NCBI GenBank assembly: GCA_900088475.1
Contig: FLMG01003767.1
Coordinates: 1-61,864, forward strand
From: Hyphochytrium catenoides
Taxonomy: Eukaryota > Protista > Hyphochytriomycota
DNA length: 61,864 nt
Reading direction: 5' to 3'
Positions 36,225 through 51,297 of the stretch are shown piece by piece (the stretch's first letter is position 1; each line of letters begins with the position of its first letter). A program made the position numbers and the translations under genes. The notes under the pieces were generated by a model. It made no database searches and was not told the origin of the DNA. It saw only the letters and a program-made list of their open reading frames with translations.

Positions 36225-37315
36225 ATGATTGCCTGTGTGGCCCTCATGGGGCCAAGTGTAAGTGCTCTTGCCTCCGGCTCCATTCCTTTCAGAAGCATTG
36301 ACGGGTTATTATATAGAATCAGCCATTGTACTGTGCAGCGTTTGATCCAACTTCGGACGCCTTGTCTTTCCAGTACCTCGTCTTCTCTTCGCTGGACATT
36401 CTGGAAGAAAAAAGTAGGATTCTCTCCTTGGATCTCTGTCAGAAGAAACATCGCTAACCCTTGTCAATAGTGAAGGAAGCCTTACCCGAGCAATACTTAG
36501 GCTTTCTATGCCCTTTAGAGGACTATAGAATGTATGTTCCTCTAGGAATTCATTGACTGTTGCCTTGTGACCACTGAAGAACACCATCTTTTGTCATGCC
36601 ATGAGCAGATATGGTATGGTTACCGCCACCAATGTGAGGATCGTCCTGGTCTTGGAAGACTGGCCTGTGAAAGATTCTGAGCTACGACTGGTAGGGACCT
36701 ATGCCAACAACTCTTCGAGCCTGCAAGCCTATCGTCCTTTTCATCTTCCTATTGCTCTTTCATCAACATATCGTCTATCTCCTTTTCTCTTCATTGCGCA
36801 TTGTAGATGTCCTTCCGCAGACGCTATGTCTTCTCTGACTCTCTTCTTTATTTCCTCGCCGAGAATCCTTCATTGCGCTTCGGCAGATCACTCTTCTTCT
36901 CTCCCTTCTCTCATGATCCCTCTAGCACCCAACAGTAGTACTCCTTCTCTCAGTCCTTGACGGCTGCATCACTTGTGACCCTTGGCGGTGCTCTCCCTAA
37001 CCGCTCAGCCGTCTATCTTCATCTTACTTGGTTTGTCTCTTTTCCCCTTCCTTATTTTGCTTCTCGCATCCATACTGGCTCACTCATCATATCTCTCTTT
37101 TTCCTTTTCGGACTGCTTTCCTCCCCTCTCCCCTGTGTCTTACCTGGACGCAGCTCTTCTCGTCTATCCATCAGTGCTATATCGATCACATCAGCAACTC
37201 CTTCGTCCCTCTGGGCCAGTCTATCACCTCAGCAAGCTTTGCGTCCAAAGTAGAAGCTGCAGTGAGCCAATTCAATAGGCAAATGGAAAGCTACCGTGGC
37301 CCTGCAAGTAGATAG
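36225..37315 (+). CDS. TRAPPC2L: Trafficking protein particle complex subunit 2-like (sedlin family)
   Basis: MIACVALMG..NQPLY...FQYLVFSSLDILEEK...YLGFLCPLEDYRIYGMVTATNVRIVLV...LFSSIHQCYIDHISNSF; five exons. Confidence 0.9.
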
Positions 37316-37587
37316 CAATGGCTTATATGCAGAGAGAGAGAGAGTTGCCGCTGTGTTCCATGACTCTCATCTTCCCTCCCTACGTTGCCAAAGGTCCTGG
37401 ATGTTAGTGCCTTCCGAGGTTCTATTCGTTTTCCTTGTCTAGCTTGTCTCACTCTCTTGTCTCACCCCATCCCACTCCATGGGAAAGTTGAGCACTCAGA
37501 CCAACATCCAGGAGAGTTTGGAAGGCTAGGTTCCTGTTATCTTATTGTACAGAATGAATAACATTGACCACAGTGAGATCTGTGAAG

Positions 37588-39995
37588 CTACTCCTGCTCC
37601 ATGCTGCGCTGCCGCTGGTCCATGTGCTCCAGGAGAGAGTCACATTTTTCAATGAGGATCTTGAGGGCTTCTCGCACCAGCTCCTGCGGCTTGTACATGC
37701 CAACAGACTCTACCGAAACTGGAAGTATGAGGGCAGTGCAGTATCTTGTTAGAGCTCGGCTCATAAATGCAGGCGGTGGGAGTGAAAATCAGACAACAGT
37801 TCACATACATGGTGCACTAGGGATGAGGAGGAGAAGAGACAAGACTGAAAAAAGTAAAAATAAGCGCTTTCTCGACTTCGTTCACGTTGAGGACAGAGGG
37901 AGAAGGTTATTGGAGGGAGCGCGTCGAGAAAGGACCTTGAAGGGGCAGGATGCTTACATATAAAATGGTCCTTTCTCCGCATAAGCTTGACTCTATCGCT
38001 CCAGCCGGGCCCTCGGATGCACTCACGGCACATCGTACAGTCACGAGGTCTTGCCACTATTCCACGCTTCTGTCCCTTTCCCAGGTCTTCAATGTCGTAG
38101 ACGTTCATAGGGCACTTCTCAACCAACTCCTCTGCCAGCTCATTTCTTATCTATAGAGAAGCGCAGCAGCAAAACGCTAGCGTCAGCACTCGGAGACATG
38201 GGTGAGGTGAAAAGGTTGACATTTCGAACTTGGAACAGTCATTTAGCCAACAAACAGTCAGTGACGTTAGCAATGAGGCTGTAAACCGTTTTGCTAGGAC
38301 AAGTTACGTCCACATGCCAAAGAATGGCTAGGAAGTACGAGTACGAGATCTCAGTGAGAGAAAGAGCTTAGAAAGATTCGGCAGCGATAGAGAAGGGGAG
38401 GTGAGAACCCGTTGTACCACCAAGTGTCTCATGAAGAAGGAGATATCAGAGAGACAACGGACCACGAGGGGACAGGAGGTGTGCGAGCGAGTAGGCGAAA
38501 CGTGATACCATAAAGCAAAGGCATAGAGAAGGCATCGAGAGGGTGTTTACCTCCTCTTTAAGAACTATGTGGGGCTGCAATCTATAGCTAGCAGTGGAGA
38601 CTGGACTGAACTTGGCGTGATCCTTACCGATCCCCTTCCGACAATGCGCCTCCAGAGCAATTCCCTGCAGTGACACCTAGTTAGCTATGAGGAGTTGGCG
38701 ACCGTAGCTGAGAGTTGCGTCCCCTTGACGTCAGGTCCTTCTCTCGCCAGTGCTTTTTAGGTGCACACAATCTTCGCTACCGCCCACCTCCCTCTCTATA
38801 ATTTCTCTTTGTACGTCTTGCTCCATCTCTTTCCCAGTTCCCTCTTCGAAAGGTAACCCTAAACCCACCTGTCCTGGCTTTAGCTTGGCAATCAAAATAT
38901 CGTCATGGACTGGTTTGATTGGGTTCTCTGCATATTTATCTTGCTGTCCTCCCTGTGGCACCCATTCCAGGTGACGCGAATAGACTACACAGCAAGGCGA
39001 TAAGGGAAAGTAAGGAGGTGCAAGAGGGGAGGAGGGAAGCATGTGATGACAGAAAGTAGAGAGTTGCCGCGCCACTGGGCTAAGGAAGGGAGGTCTGACA
39101 ACGAAAAGCAAAGACATACATTGAAGACTGAACCAAATAACGAGGAGCTTCAAATCAGAAGCCTAGAGAAGAGCAAGCAGGCAAATTCTGAGTTGACGAA
39201 GTCAGGGACGGACGGCCTTACCTTTGGCGTTGATAGCATCTGCCGTGTTAGCAGGATCGTCTGCTCTGTCGATTGAACCCTTCCGCCTAGTGCAGTTAGC
39301 TACGAGCTTGAACACGATAGTATTTAAGTCTGTTGGCTCAGCCTCCTCATGCTCAGGAAACGGCTCAAACTCTCTAGGATCGACCTGTAGTGACAAGAGT
39401 AAGTCGAAGGAGGCATAACCAGACAAAAGACTTGATAACCCTAGAAGAGAACTAAATAGTGACAGAGTGCAGACAAACACAGCCTGTCAGCTAAGGGGTG
39501 ATGATCAAGAGAGAAGTGGAGTGCACAGGTGGGAGAAGAGAGAGAGGGAGAGAAGTAGGTAAAAGAGGACGAGTGTGATAGCGGCTGGGGAGACCCTCTG
39601 CGACCTTGATAGGAATCAGTCCTAATCGGTGGGCTAGAACTTCGTCTTGGATGATAGAGGAGTTGTTCCATATATACACGTGCTCAATAGCCATTGTCGG
39701 CACCTGGCCGTAGGATGTTAGCCGCAATTGTAGACTTGCAAGTAGAGAGCTGTGTGAACCATACCTCAGCAATGAGAATTCGTCTGAGGGCGTTGGCTAT
39801 GGAGGCATCAACCCCAATGAGGTCAAAGACGATGTCATTCTCAGTAAGGCTGATAATATTTATCTTCAACCTCTTTCTGAAGTCTTGCACAAACGCCTCA
39901 GGCTTAGCATACTGTGGCTCAATCAGCTTCGGATCCCCGAACTCCACATGAGGAGAGTCTCTCCCAACATGAACAGCGCCATAAGGAAATTGCAT
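37588..39995 (-). CDS. POLR1C: RNA polymerase I/III subunit AC40 (RPC40/RPAC1)
   Basis: [21 protein letters not shown]|VPTMAIE...[70 protein letters not shown]. Confidence 0.97.
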
Positions 39996-41091
39996 GGTGC
40001 TCCAACTCTAGGCGGCACCTCTGAAAAAGAAATAGAGAGCAATTGCTTCCCCTTCCTTGCCCTTGAGCTACTCCGGCAAGGGGCTTGACGTGGGTAAGGG
40101 CTAAGAACAGAAGCCGTCAGATGTGGCTATTGAAGGTCTGCAGACAGAGCTTCGCATCTCCAATAATCTTCACACCAATCATCTGGCCTCAGAAGGATAG
40201 CCGCTAACGGCCATTATATAACATCAACACAGAATCGCTTTCATTCATGATCGAGGGCCCTATTAGCAGTTTTCTCTCTAATCAATTGGTTCTATATTCG
40301 GGATTAGTAGAGGCTATCAGAAGGGAAAAGTGCCGTTTCGTTTGGTCTCTGAGGGAAGCTGAAAGACTGAGCGCTGAGAGCAGAGCAGAGGCTAGCTGGC
40401 TTTGGGTTAGACGTTGACTGGGAAGCCACATCCCACACCTGGCCCTCTCCCAGACCTCTCTCTCTCTCTCACTCCTTTCTCTCTCGGTGTCTCTCTCTCT
40501 CTCTTCTCCCCGTCTCTCTCTCTCTGCCACTCGCTCTCTCTCTCTCGGGCCGGTCTCTCTCTCTCTCCTCCTCTCTCTTTCTCCGCCCCCGCTCTCTCTC
40601 TCTCTCACCCTTTCTCTCTCCGGCTCTCTCTCCCTCTTATCTCCCTCTCAAACTTTCGCTCTTCCTCTTTCTCCTTTTGCATTATAAGTTATCTTCATAC
40701 CCTTTCTTCCTCCCAAATGGCTCTCCTCTTCCGCTCTCTCCCTCTGCTCTCTCTCGGATCGCTAAATGCATCGCTCTCTTTCATTTGCTTCACTTTCTCT
40801 GCCACCTGCACTCTTACAAGGCTGTAGTGCCAAAGGCAACTGACATGCCACCGAATGTGGCTGCTCCACTCTTACTTACAAGGGCCAGGAGGACCGGCGA
40901 CATTCGTTGACTATCAAGGGAGTTTCCTTCGAAGACAGTTCTTCCTCCCTTCCCAGCTGCAGTCGCAGGTCGTGCTACGTCTCAGCACCAACATTCATTA
41001 CCAATCCGAACACGTATCCCCTTTCAGCCTCATTATGATCCACCGATAGCTGTCCTCTTAGCCTTACAAAGAGCCTCTTTTCAGGAACAGC

Positions 41092-42149
41092 ATGGCTCTC
41101 TATCTCTCACAGCCGCCATCGCGGCTCTTGGGCTACCAGCAAGGGGAAGCTCCAACCCTTGGAGGCGCTTACAGAGTGCCAGTGTACCCAGCAGAAGGTT
41201 TTGAAGCCCCAGAGTCATCTGCATTTAGCGTCACATCGCCGTTGATGATGGCCCTCCTGGTGCTGACAGGGCTCATGACAGTCGCTATGCTGCTTGTACT
41301 GCTCACCAGTATTCTTCGGTCTATCAGGCTGATGATACTCTACCCAGTAAGTCAGTCTTTACCTTGACATGTACTGGCCTGCCGTCCTCTGCCCTAACAT
41401 TTTGCTTTCTTCCATCTTTACTTCCTCTTCAATAGCTGGAATTCTTCATGATCGACTCACCGCGGTCACCTGCGGAGCTTACATTGCCGCCAAAGGTCAA
41501 AGGCGGAGAAGGTATCAACTCGCCCTCCGAGGTTGACCATGGCCAAGCACTTATCACTAGCACTCCGAGTAACGTGACCCCGAAGCTCCAGAAAAAAGAG
41601 CAAGACAAGGAATATACAAAGGAGAAGCCATCTTCCCTCAGTGTGTCGACAGTATCTCTAGAAGAAGAAGAGAAAGACCACGATGAGCAAGATGATCTGC
41701 GATCCGAGAGGAAAAGCTTGCTGGTCGTCGAGGAAGGTGAAACTGACCTTGCCACGGCCGACGAGAGCGTCGCTGACTGCACCTCATCAGCGGCCTCTCT
41801 CTCTCTATCAGAGGATACATATCCCGATATCGATATCGTCACTACATCTTCTCCTATATCTATTGAGATCAACAGCAGTATGTCAGCTGCTGGAGTAAGA
41901 GTCTCCCTATCGAGAATCTCTCTTTCGTCAACAAGCCCTAGTAGGTCTATCTCTCATATAAGCCCTCGGACTCCTCGCACGCCCAGGACCGCGAGCGCTT
42001 CTCTTTCTCCCAGGGTGCCTAGGGGTTCTCTCTCCCCAAAAGTAATACAAGGCCCGAAGTCTCCTAGAAACTCTAGAGGTTCACACGTCAGGCAAGAGGG
42101 AGAACCAGCTTCTTCTCCGGGAGACCAGTGTTATCGTGACATCGTCTAG
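41092..42149 (+). CDS. Hypothetical single-pass membrane protein with Ser-rich, acidic tail; 5' end unresolved
   Basis: A TM-containing exon ends CCA|GTAAGT at about 41346 and joins in frame (ATAG|CTG, about 41436) to the 233-aa ORF. Confidence 0.5.
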
Positions 42150-42521
42150 CTCTTCTTACCTTTACATTTGAAGGAGAGAGATTGTGAGCCAAGGAGAAAC
42201 CGCCAGGAACGGGTGAGGCTGAGCGGGTTTGGAGCTGACTTTCTCTCAGCATCTCTGCTTTGCTCTTCGTCTTTGGGGTTGATNNNNNNNNNNNNNNNNN
42301 NNNNNNNNNNNNNNNNNNNNNNNNNNNNNNNNNNNNNNNNNNNNCGAGGGCAAGACAGAAGGAACAACAGAAGCGTTCCTCTATTAGATGCGAGCTGCCT
42401 TTCTCGTCGATCTCGACCGTTCAAGGTCTTAGTATTTATCAATACAAATGGCCAACTATTTAACGTTAGGGCTATGTACAGATTTAGTCCCTTTAGTTTC
42501 CTTGAAAGTCTTTCTTAAACG

Positions 42522-44293
<1,772 letters not shown>

Positions 44294-45403
44294 TGTGTCT
44301 CTACAGTTATGACCTAGGGAAGATATAGATACAGCTTCGAAGGGTTCTACGGTCAGCTACGTTGATAATGGTAAATCATCACAATGTCGCGACGGTCTGG
44401 TTTAGCATTTACCAAGGAGATCGTATAGTTGATGACAGCACTCACACTAAGCAAGGCAGGATTGTAGGTGATGCACGTAGCTCGGAATAGCGATGCTCCG
44501 TCCCTGCTTCACCTCTGCTTCCCATGGCATTCTAGAGCTTCACAGAGATCATGATGACTGATCTCTGATCTCCATCTGGAATCTCCAAACGTGCGCAAAT
44601 ACATTAAGTCCAAGTAGGAAGATTTGGACTTATCTTTCTGTCGCACTTGTAAGTAGGAAATTAGTCCGGGTAAATTTTTTTGTGAGACAGCCGACTAATT
44701 ATGCAAAAACACAAGATGGCTTACCGCTGAATCTGCACAAGCGGAAAAGCCCTAAATAAATGATTTTCCACCCACCAAAACGGGGTGCTAAAAATCGTGC
44801 TATCCAAGTACGAATACTTACTTGGTCTCCTCCTCCCAATTACGCCGATCCGAGTTAAGTTTGGATGAGTCCAAACACAAGCTAGATCTAAAGCTTCACA
44901 TGAATGTTTCAGCAAACGATTATTTCTTCCCTGGTCATTCCAATACAGACTGTTGAAATTAATGGCAGTCTTTCAAGGCTCGACTGCTTTTCGACTAATG
45001 TGTGAGTCTTGGTGAAGCTTCTGCGGTTATCTGGCAGAGCTGAGTTCTAATCTGCCAGTCATCTTCTTCAGGCATCTGATCCTGCATCAGAAGCCTTTCA
45101 GTCCGACCAAAAGCCGATGTGATCTCTCTTGATAGTAGAAGCTCGAGGCTATAGTGTTCAAGTGTCTGGCTCGCTTTGCTCCTCACGTCGGCTGTCGCTT
45201 CAAGAGATCTCAGCTCCGTCCGTAGTTCTCTCTCTTCTCTCTGCACAAGTTGCGCCTGTCCGTGTGTCAGTAAAGACTGCTGGTGCTGAGCGGAGAGGGC
45301 CAGCAGAGACGTTAGCGAGGCTGAAAGAGGTGGCGCCTTGTTAGACGTCCTGTCAAAGAAGCTCGCTATTGTCAATTGTACTATAGACCTGCCGACTTCT
45401 AAT

Positions 45404-46532
45404 ATGGCTACCAAGAAGGTGGCTGTCTCCGACTGTACGTTGGGCGGATTGCACTGTGAGGAAGTGATTGCGGAAAATGTCCCTCTATTTATAGGATGTT
45501 TGGCCGCCGTCTACATCTTTCACTATCTCGTCGACGGGATAATCGTGCGTCCCTTAAGTAATCATCTTGTTGCTAGGAGAGTTACGAAGAGAGTGAAGGC
45601 CGAATCCCTTAGAGAATGTAGGTAGTCCTCCTTGCATGACGTGTTTTGTGCCTCCCTTTAATTCTTGTTCCGGTAGGTCTCTGGAAGCTCATCGCAACAA
45701 CCACTCTCTTCACCGCCGGCTGGGCCATTAACCATCAGGAGCCATGGTTCTTTAAACACTACTTTAGCCAGTGGCCATTTACTATGTCGCTGCCTATGAA
45801 GATTCACTACTTCTGCGATATGGCTTTCTGGATTATCTCCACGGACATTCACTTTTCTCTGACAGCGAAGCGTTACGACATCAAGCGCAAGGACTACTAT
45901 GAGATCTGCATTCACCATATTGCGACCTTATCCCTCATGGTTTTGGCGTTTTTAGTAGACGTTACGGAGATCGGTATATGCGTCATCCTTTTGCATGACG
46001 TGTCGGACATCTTCCTTGAAACTGGTGAGTGGATATAGCTATGTAAGTTGTCTTTACCAATATACTGACACCGCCAATCGATATCTTCGCAGCCAAGTTC
46101 TTCCGCTATGTGAACATTCAGATCCTTTGTGACAGCTTTTTCGCCATGTTCGTTGCCTCGTGGATCTACACCCGGCTATACCTCTTTGTGACCGGCATTC
46201 TACAGTCTGTCTTCACGGATGGCTATGCCCTACAGAAGAAGCTCGGCGATCTCAGGCACTATGACATCACCTCCCAGCAGTACTGGTGGATCTGGGCTGT
46301 TATCACTGGATTTCTTTGTCTCCTACTAGTGCTCCACACTTTCTGGTCCTTCATGATCGGAAAGATGCTCTACAATATCCTACGAGCTGGTCATGATGGT
46401 CTATCAAAGGATATTAGAAGTGACTCTGAGGTGGATGAGGACACATCTGCCCCTCAGAAACCTATCCAGGCGAACGGGGTAAACGGCACTCGGAAGAGAG
46501 CGAGCCAGCGGACGCGGAAAGCTTCAGAATAG
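45404..46532 (+). CDS. LAG1: Ceramide synthase (LAG1/CerS, TLC domain), 3 exons
   Basis: Lag1 motif KRKDYYEICIHHIAT...LLHDVSDIFLETAK, WIYTRL, and C-terminal DIRSDSE. Confidence 0.93.
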
Positions 46533-47421
46533 CTCCTGCGAAAGGCCAAGAAAAGTTATGGTACAATGTACCTTATTATGTTAGACCTTTCGCTGTAACC
46601 GCTAACTAGCAAGTGAGTGAGTGAGTTTGTGTGAACTCTCTAAACCCTAATATTATTACTTTAATGTGGAAGTGAGTTTGAGTCATCTCTATCAACCAAG
46701 CTGGGTGAGGGGGCAACCCCTTACCTGGTAGCCAGCGATTCTGCAGTAAAGAATTACTCCAAAGGAGTAGCTGTCATCGGATTGTTGGTAGCGTCGCACC
46801 CTCGAGCTGCAGGGGTTTCTGCTGCCCATCACATGAAGAGACAAGGAAATCCTGATCACGAAGAGCAGAGACAAAGGCTCCAGGCAGAGACAGAGACAAA
46901 CAGAGAGAGAGAGAGAGAGAGATGAAGAGGAACAGAGTGGGAGGGGAGGAACAGAGAGAGGAAAACACGGAAAGAGAGAGAGAACGAGAGACGCAGAGAG
47001 AGAGAGAGAGAGAGTGTGGGATTGGAGACAGGGAAGAAAGAGGAAAGAGATGAATGAGAGACATGCTGAGCACGTGACAGAGTGAGTACCCCTCCCTTTC
47101 ACGACAAGAAGTGATGTCCACGTGAAAGCATCTTGCTCCTCGTCTCCAATAACCTGCACGCACAGCAGCGATGACAGTACAGGCCATCCGCTTGTAGTCA
47201 CCTCATCAACATTATAGCCACTGGCCAACCTTTGATCCTGCGTGCCGTGCTCAATGACTAGAGGCAGTGGCAGCGGTATAGCGGGCACAAGGCACAGCAA
47301 GGGGCAATAGCAAGAGCAAAGAAGATTAACTTTAGTGCGTGACGGCGCGTGGCTGCTCTCCGTCTGTCGTTCTCTTTTTCTGTCAGTCTGCTTCATTTTA
47401 GTCTTGGATCCTCTCTCCGCG

Positions 47422-47647
47422 ATGCCAGGCCCTGTCAGGCATCCGCCAGGAGGGTCTGCAGGCGAAGAAGGCGCTACGGCTGCTGCCTGCCTCTCCTTTC
47501 CTGAGTCTGCGCCCATTCCTGATAACATCAAGAAGTACCGGAAGTCCTACTTCGCAGAAGCTGGCAGCAGAGTGGTCCATCCAGGGCTGGTGCGCAATGA
47601 TCTGTTCCTCTCGCTTTCTTCCTAGCGNNNNNNNNNNNNNNNNNNNN

Positions 47648-47683
<36 letters not shown>

Positions 47684-50600
47684 TCTGTCTCTCTCTCTCT
47701 CCCTTTCTCTCTCTTTCTCTCTTTCTCTCCCTTTCTCTCTTTTCCCCTATCTCTCTGGCTTTCGCACTCAGTACGCTATTAGCCCTTGACATTGTAGCCC
47801 TTAAGTGGCTTCTGGCCGTGCGGCTTGCCCTCGGTCCGAACAACCTCTGCCCTCAATGCATGTTCTCCTTCTTGGTCTGTCATCTCTCTGCCTCTTCTTC
47901 TATCTACCTCTCTCTTTTAGTCTACCATCTGACCTCCCTTATCACGTTTACCAGGTGGAAGATGTCAAGAAGATCGACCCAATGACCAAGTTTGGCATAG
48001 TGAAGGAGAAAGGAGAAAACGTAAGCCGTTAGCCATCTCGTTGCCTCTTGTTTGCTGCAGGAGTAAAGATGGACTCTACTCATCAATAGAGTTCTCTCTC
48101 TTTCCCTAATCCCTCTTTTACCCTAGTTGCATGTGTCCTTCGCTCTGTTGAGTCTCTCTCTCTCTCTCTGTCTGTCTGTCACTCTCTCGCTCTTTCTGTC
48201 GGTCTCTCTGTCTCTCTCTGTGTCTCTCTCTCTCTTGGCCGACGCACGACACTCTTTCCCATGAAGAATATCATCTCTGTTTGGCCTGAAAAACGTTCTC
48301 TCTGTTGGTAGGTAGAGCAGCTGTTTGCACCGAGTCAAGTGAGCGAAGTGACTGATCTTGTTCAGAAGCGGAATGGTTAGCACGAAGAGTTCATTCCTGC
48401 CCTCCATCGACCCTGTTCTTCCTTTCCCATTGCGCTGTCCTTCTCCTCTTTCTCGTTACCAACTCTCTCCTTCGGCCCCGACTTGAGTCCATCCTCTTAT
48501 CTTTGCCTGATCTATCGTCTGTTCTGCGTGCCTTTGACCTAATAGTGCAGCTATCACTCTGTCTCTGGGCTGACAACCTGCTTCTTTGTAGAATCTATGT
48601 ACAGAAGTGCTAGGCGCGAGCCGCTAGGGAAGGGTTTTGTCCGTGGCCACGTTCTTCCTGAGAAAATGAAGAGTCCGGACTATCGGTTCGGCATCAAGGC
48701 AGACGCGGGCGTAGACTGTGCTAAGGGTCTTCTCTATGTCCAGAACAATGTAGATGAAACACAGTTTAAAGGTCAGCAGAGGTTACCTCGGTCAACAACC
48801 TCGTCTAGCTGCTGGTCCAACTCTTCAAACATTATCTCCTCGAGCTTGCTTTGGCCCACATTGGTGCTCCTTAGTAGCGCTCCCGCCTACTATTGCTCCG
48901 TTTTCTGAGTTTTACCTTGATCATTGTCCTCTGGCTGGTCCTTCTCATGAACGTTACGCGTCCCTTCTTCATCCAGGCTTCGGTTTTTCCTCTCAACAAT
49001 CTCTGTTCCTTCTCTTTATCGCAGAGCTCTATGTAAAGAGCCACAATGCCCTAGACCCTGGAGAGCAGCGTAACAGGCACTATGACTGGGAGAAGACCTC
49101 TGTCAAAGATCCTTCTGCATATGTCTTTGGAAGGACAGGTGGACCTTTCCAGTCGCCTCTACTATCGACGCAAGTAAGGCCTGACTGGTCTCCAAGACCC
49201 TCCTTGATAACACTCGTGTCTCTTTCTCACTCTCTGTCACTCTCCTCGTGGTGCTCTCCGCCTTGTCGAGAGGCCTGCACCTACAGCCATCTTCTCGTTC
49301 AGCAGCACTTGTCTTTCCACCTAAGTCTCGGCCTGTAGGTCCAACAAGCGCTTCAACCCGAGAAAGAGGATACGATCAGAAAGACTAAAATCACCACGAA
49401 GCAAGTGGAAGATCTTAAGAGCTCCAAGGACCAGCTAGGCAAGGCTAGAGCGCTAGGGTGAGAAGAGGATTCGCTCCTGCCGCCTCGGCCCTAGCTTATG
49501 TTACTTCTTACTCTGTGCATACGATACCTTTGTGGATTTCTCGCATTACATAGCGTCTTGCTTGCCTTTGCGCATCTGGCCACTAAATCTCTTCGTTCCA
49601 TCTAGCGCTGCTCCCCAGTTACCAGAAGATTATGTCTTCGGTGAACTGAAGTCTAAGAGGGGTGCTGAGGGCAATGCTGGCGATTGCTTGAGAGGGCCTT
49701 GGACGGCAGAAGAGGTAGTCGCTTCTCTCTATGTGGGCGCTGGTACTCTATCCTTGGGGTGGCGGTGGGAAGGCCCGCCTCCTGGACGGACCCTTCTATA
49801 GTCATTATCGCTGCTGCTCTTTTGCTCTTTGATCGCGTTCCCCTATCTTCACGTCACCTCTCCTTCATGTTCCACAATCCTCTTCATTCTCTTTCCCAGC
49901 CTATATCTGAACCCGTCCTAATAACCATTATATTCTAACCTCATCCTGTGCTCCTCTGTGTCCCTTCTTATGTCCGCCTCCGCCACCTGCAGCAGGACGA
50001 AGGACTGGGTAAAGCGACAACCCCGGGTTGGCGGAATGTCACCGCAGATACGAGGGTCTTCGGTGTCCCTTCTATAAGACACGACGTCGATCCGCCAGCC
50101 AGAAAGTCTATAGCGGACTCGCAGAACTATGGTACAAGGCGCTATTTGACTCTTGTCTTTTATTCTTCTTTGCTTTCTTCTCCTGCTGCTATCTGATGCG
50201 GTCTTTTGCGTACCCTTTCTCATATCTTCTCTCGTGCTGCCTTCTCGTCTTTGCCCTTCGTCCTCATCTTTGGCCTTCTTCCTCTCTCGGTCTGTTTACA
50301 TGTGTGGATGGTGGGTTCGTGCGTCTTTTCTTATCATGCTGTGCATCGTTAGTAGTAGCTCTCCGTAGATACTAAGACTCCCATAACCTCTCTCTCCTTC
50401 TCACCCGATGTCTGCACGCCATGTTGCTTTGTTCTCTTGTTGCTCCCGCAGGCGATGACGTAAATGCTGAGTATCTGCTTTATCCCGAGCCCTTTGCTTC
50501 TCGAGGCGTGACCGATCAAGACTTTGTCATTCCAAGGCCACGTGAAGACGTATTTGGACTTTTCCAGCGCTTAGGGTAGGTCTCAAACGCTCCTCTGAAC

Positions 50601-50841
50601 CACTGTATCGGTCTCACATTTGTCCGTCGTTTCCTCTTGCAGCTTTACCTCAGACCCGGAGCTCTTCGCCCTTCTCTGGCGGAGCGCCAGCTTACAGACT
50701 GTCGGAGCTCCTGACAGCCCAGAACTGTCTATCCAGAGTGTGCGGGCTGCGTATAATGAGTACTTAGAGAAGAAAGACGAAGGAGAAAGCGAGTTGCAAG
50801 ACTGGATTGCTAAGCTTTCGCTTTCTTCATCCACAACGTGA
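47422..50841 (+). CDS. EFHB: EFHB / FAP21-like ciliary protein
   Basis: YRSARREPLGK, LYVKSHNALDPGEQRNRHYDW, LPEDYVFG, VFGVPSIRHDV...SIADSQNYG|DDVNAEYLLYP...GVTDQDF..PR; multi-exon. Confidence 0.85.
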
Positions 50842-50981
50842 ACTGTATAGCGCTGCATCCACAAAATAAAGCCTCTGTACATATCACCACCTACTCTCTC
50901 GCCCTTGAGGGCTCTCTCGCACAGCTGTAGTCGGCTCCCTTATCCTGGCCACAGGGCGCCCGGGAAACCTAAGAGATGTCT

Positions 50982-51041
50982 TAGTTCCATAAAGCAGAGA
51001 CATAAGTGAATAGTAGTTCCATAGAGCAGAGACATAAGTGA
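50982..51041. repeat. ~32-bp tandem duplication
   Basis: TAGTTCCATARAGCAGAGACATAAGTGA occurs twice. Confidence 0.75.
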
Positions 51042-51297
51042 GTAATTACTTCGGAGGACGCATGCATTAATACTTCGCTGACGCTCTATTGCACATCCTC
51101 CGTCATTTAAGTCTTCGTGAGAAGAGAGAGGTATTTATTGCAGGCAAGAATCCATTTCTCAGCCGCCTTTACTAGCGTTAATCTTTGTGAAGCTGCCAGC
51201 CAGTGTAGGTCAGCCTCTATCTCTGCCATGCACTGGATGCCCTTATGTACATAATAGCGCCTCTCGTTCAGCCGTCAACCGCGTCTCCGGCTCACCC

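Noticed and set aside
44600-44720. Hairpin plus an AATTTTTTTG Sm-like site (snRNA?)
   Set aside because: No U5 loop-1, U2 branch-pairing or U4 signature.
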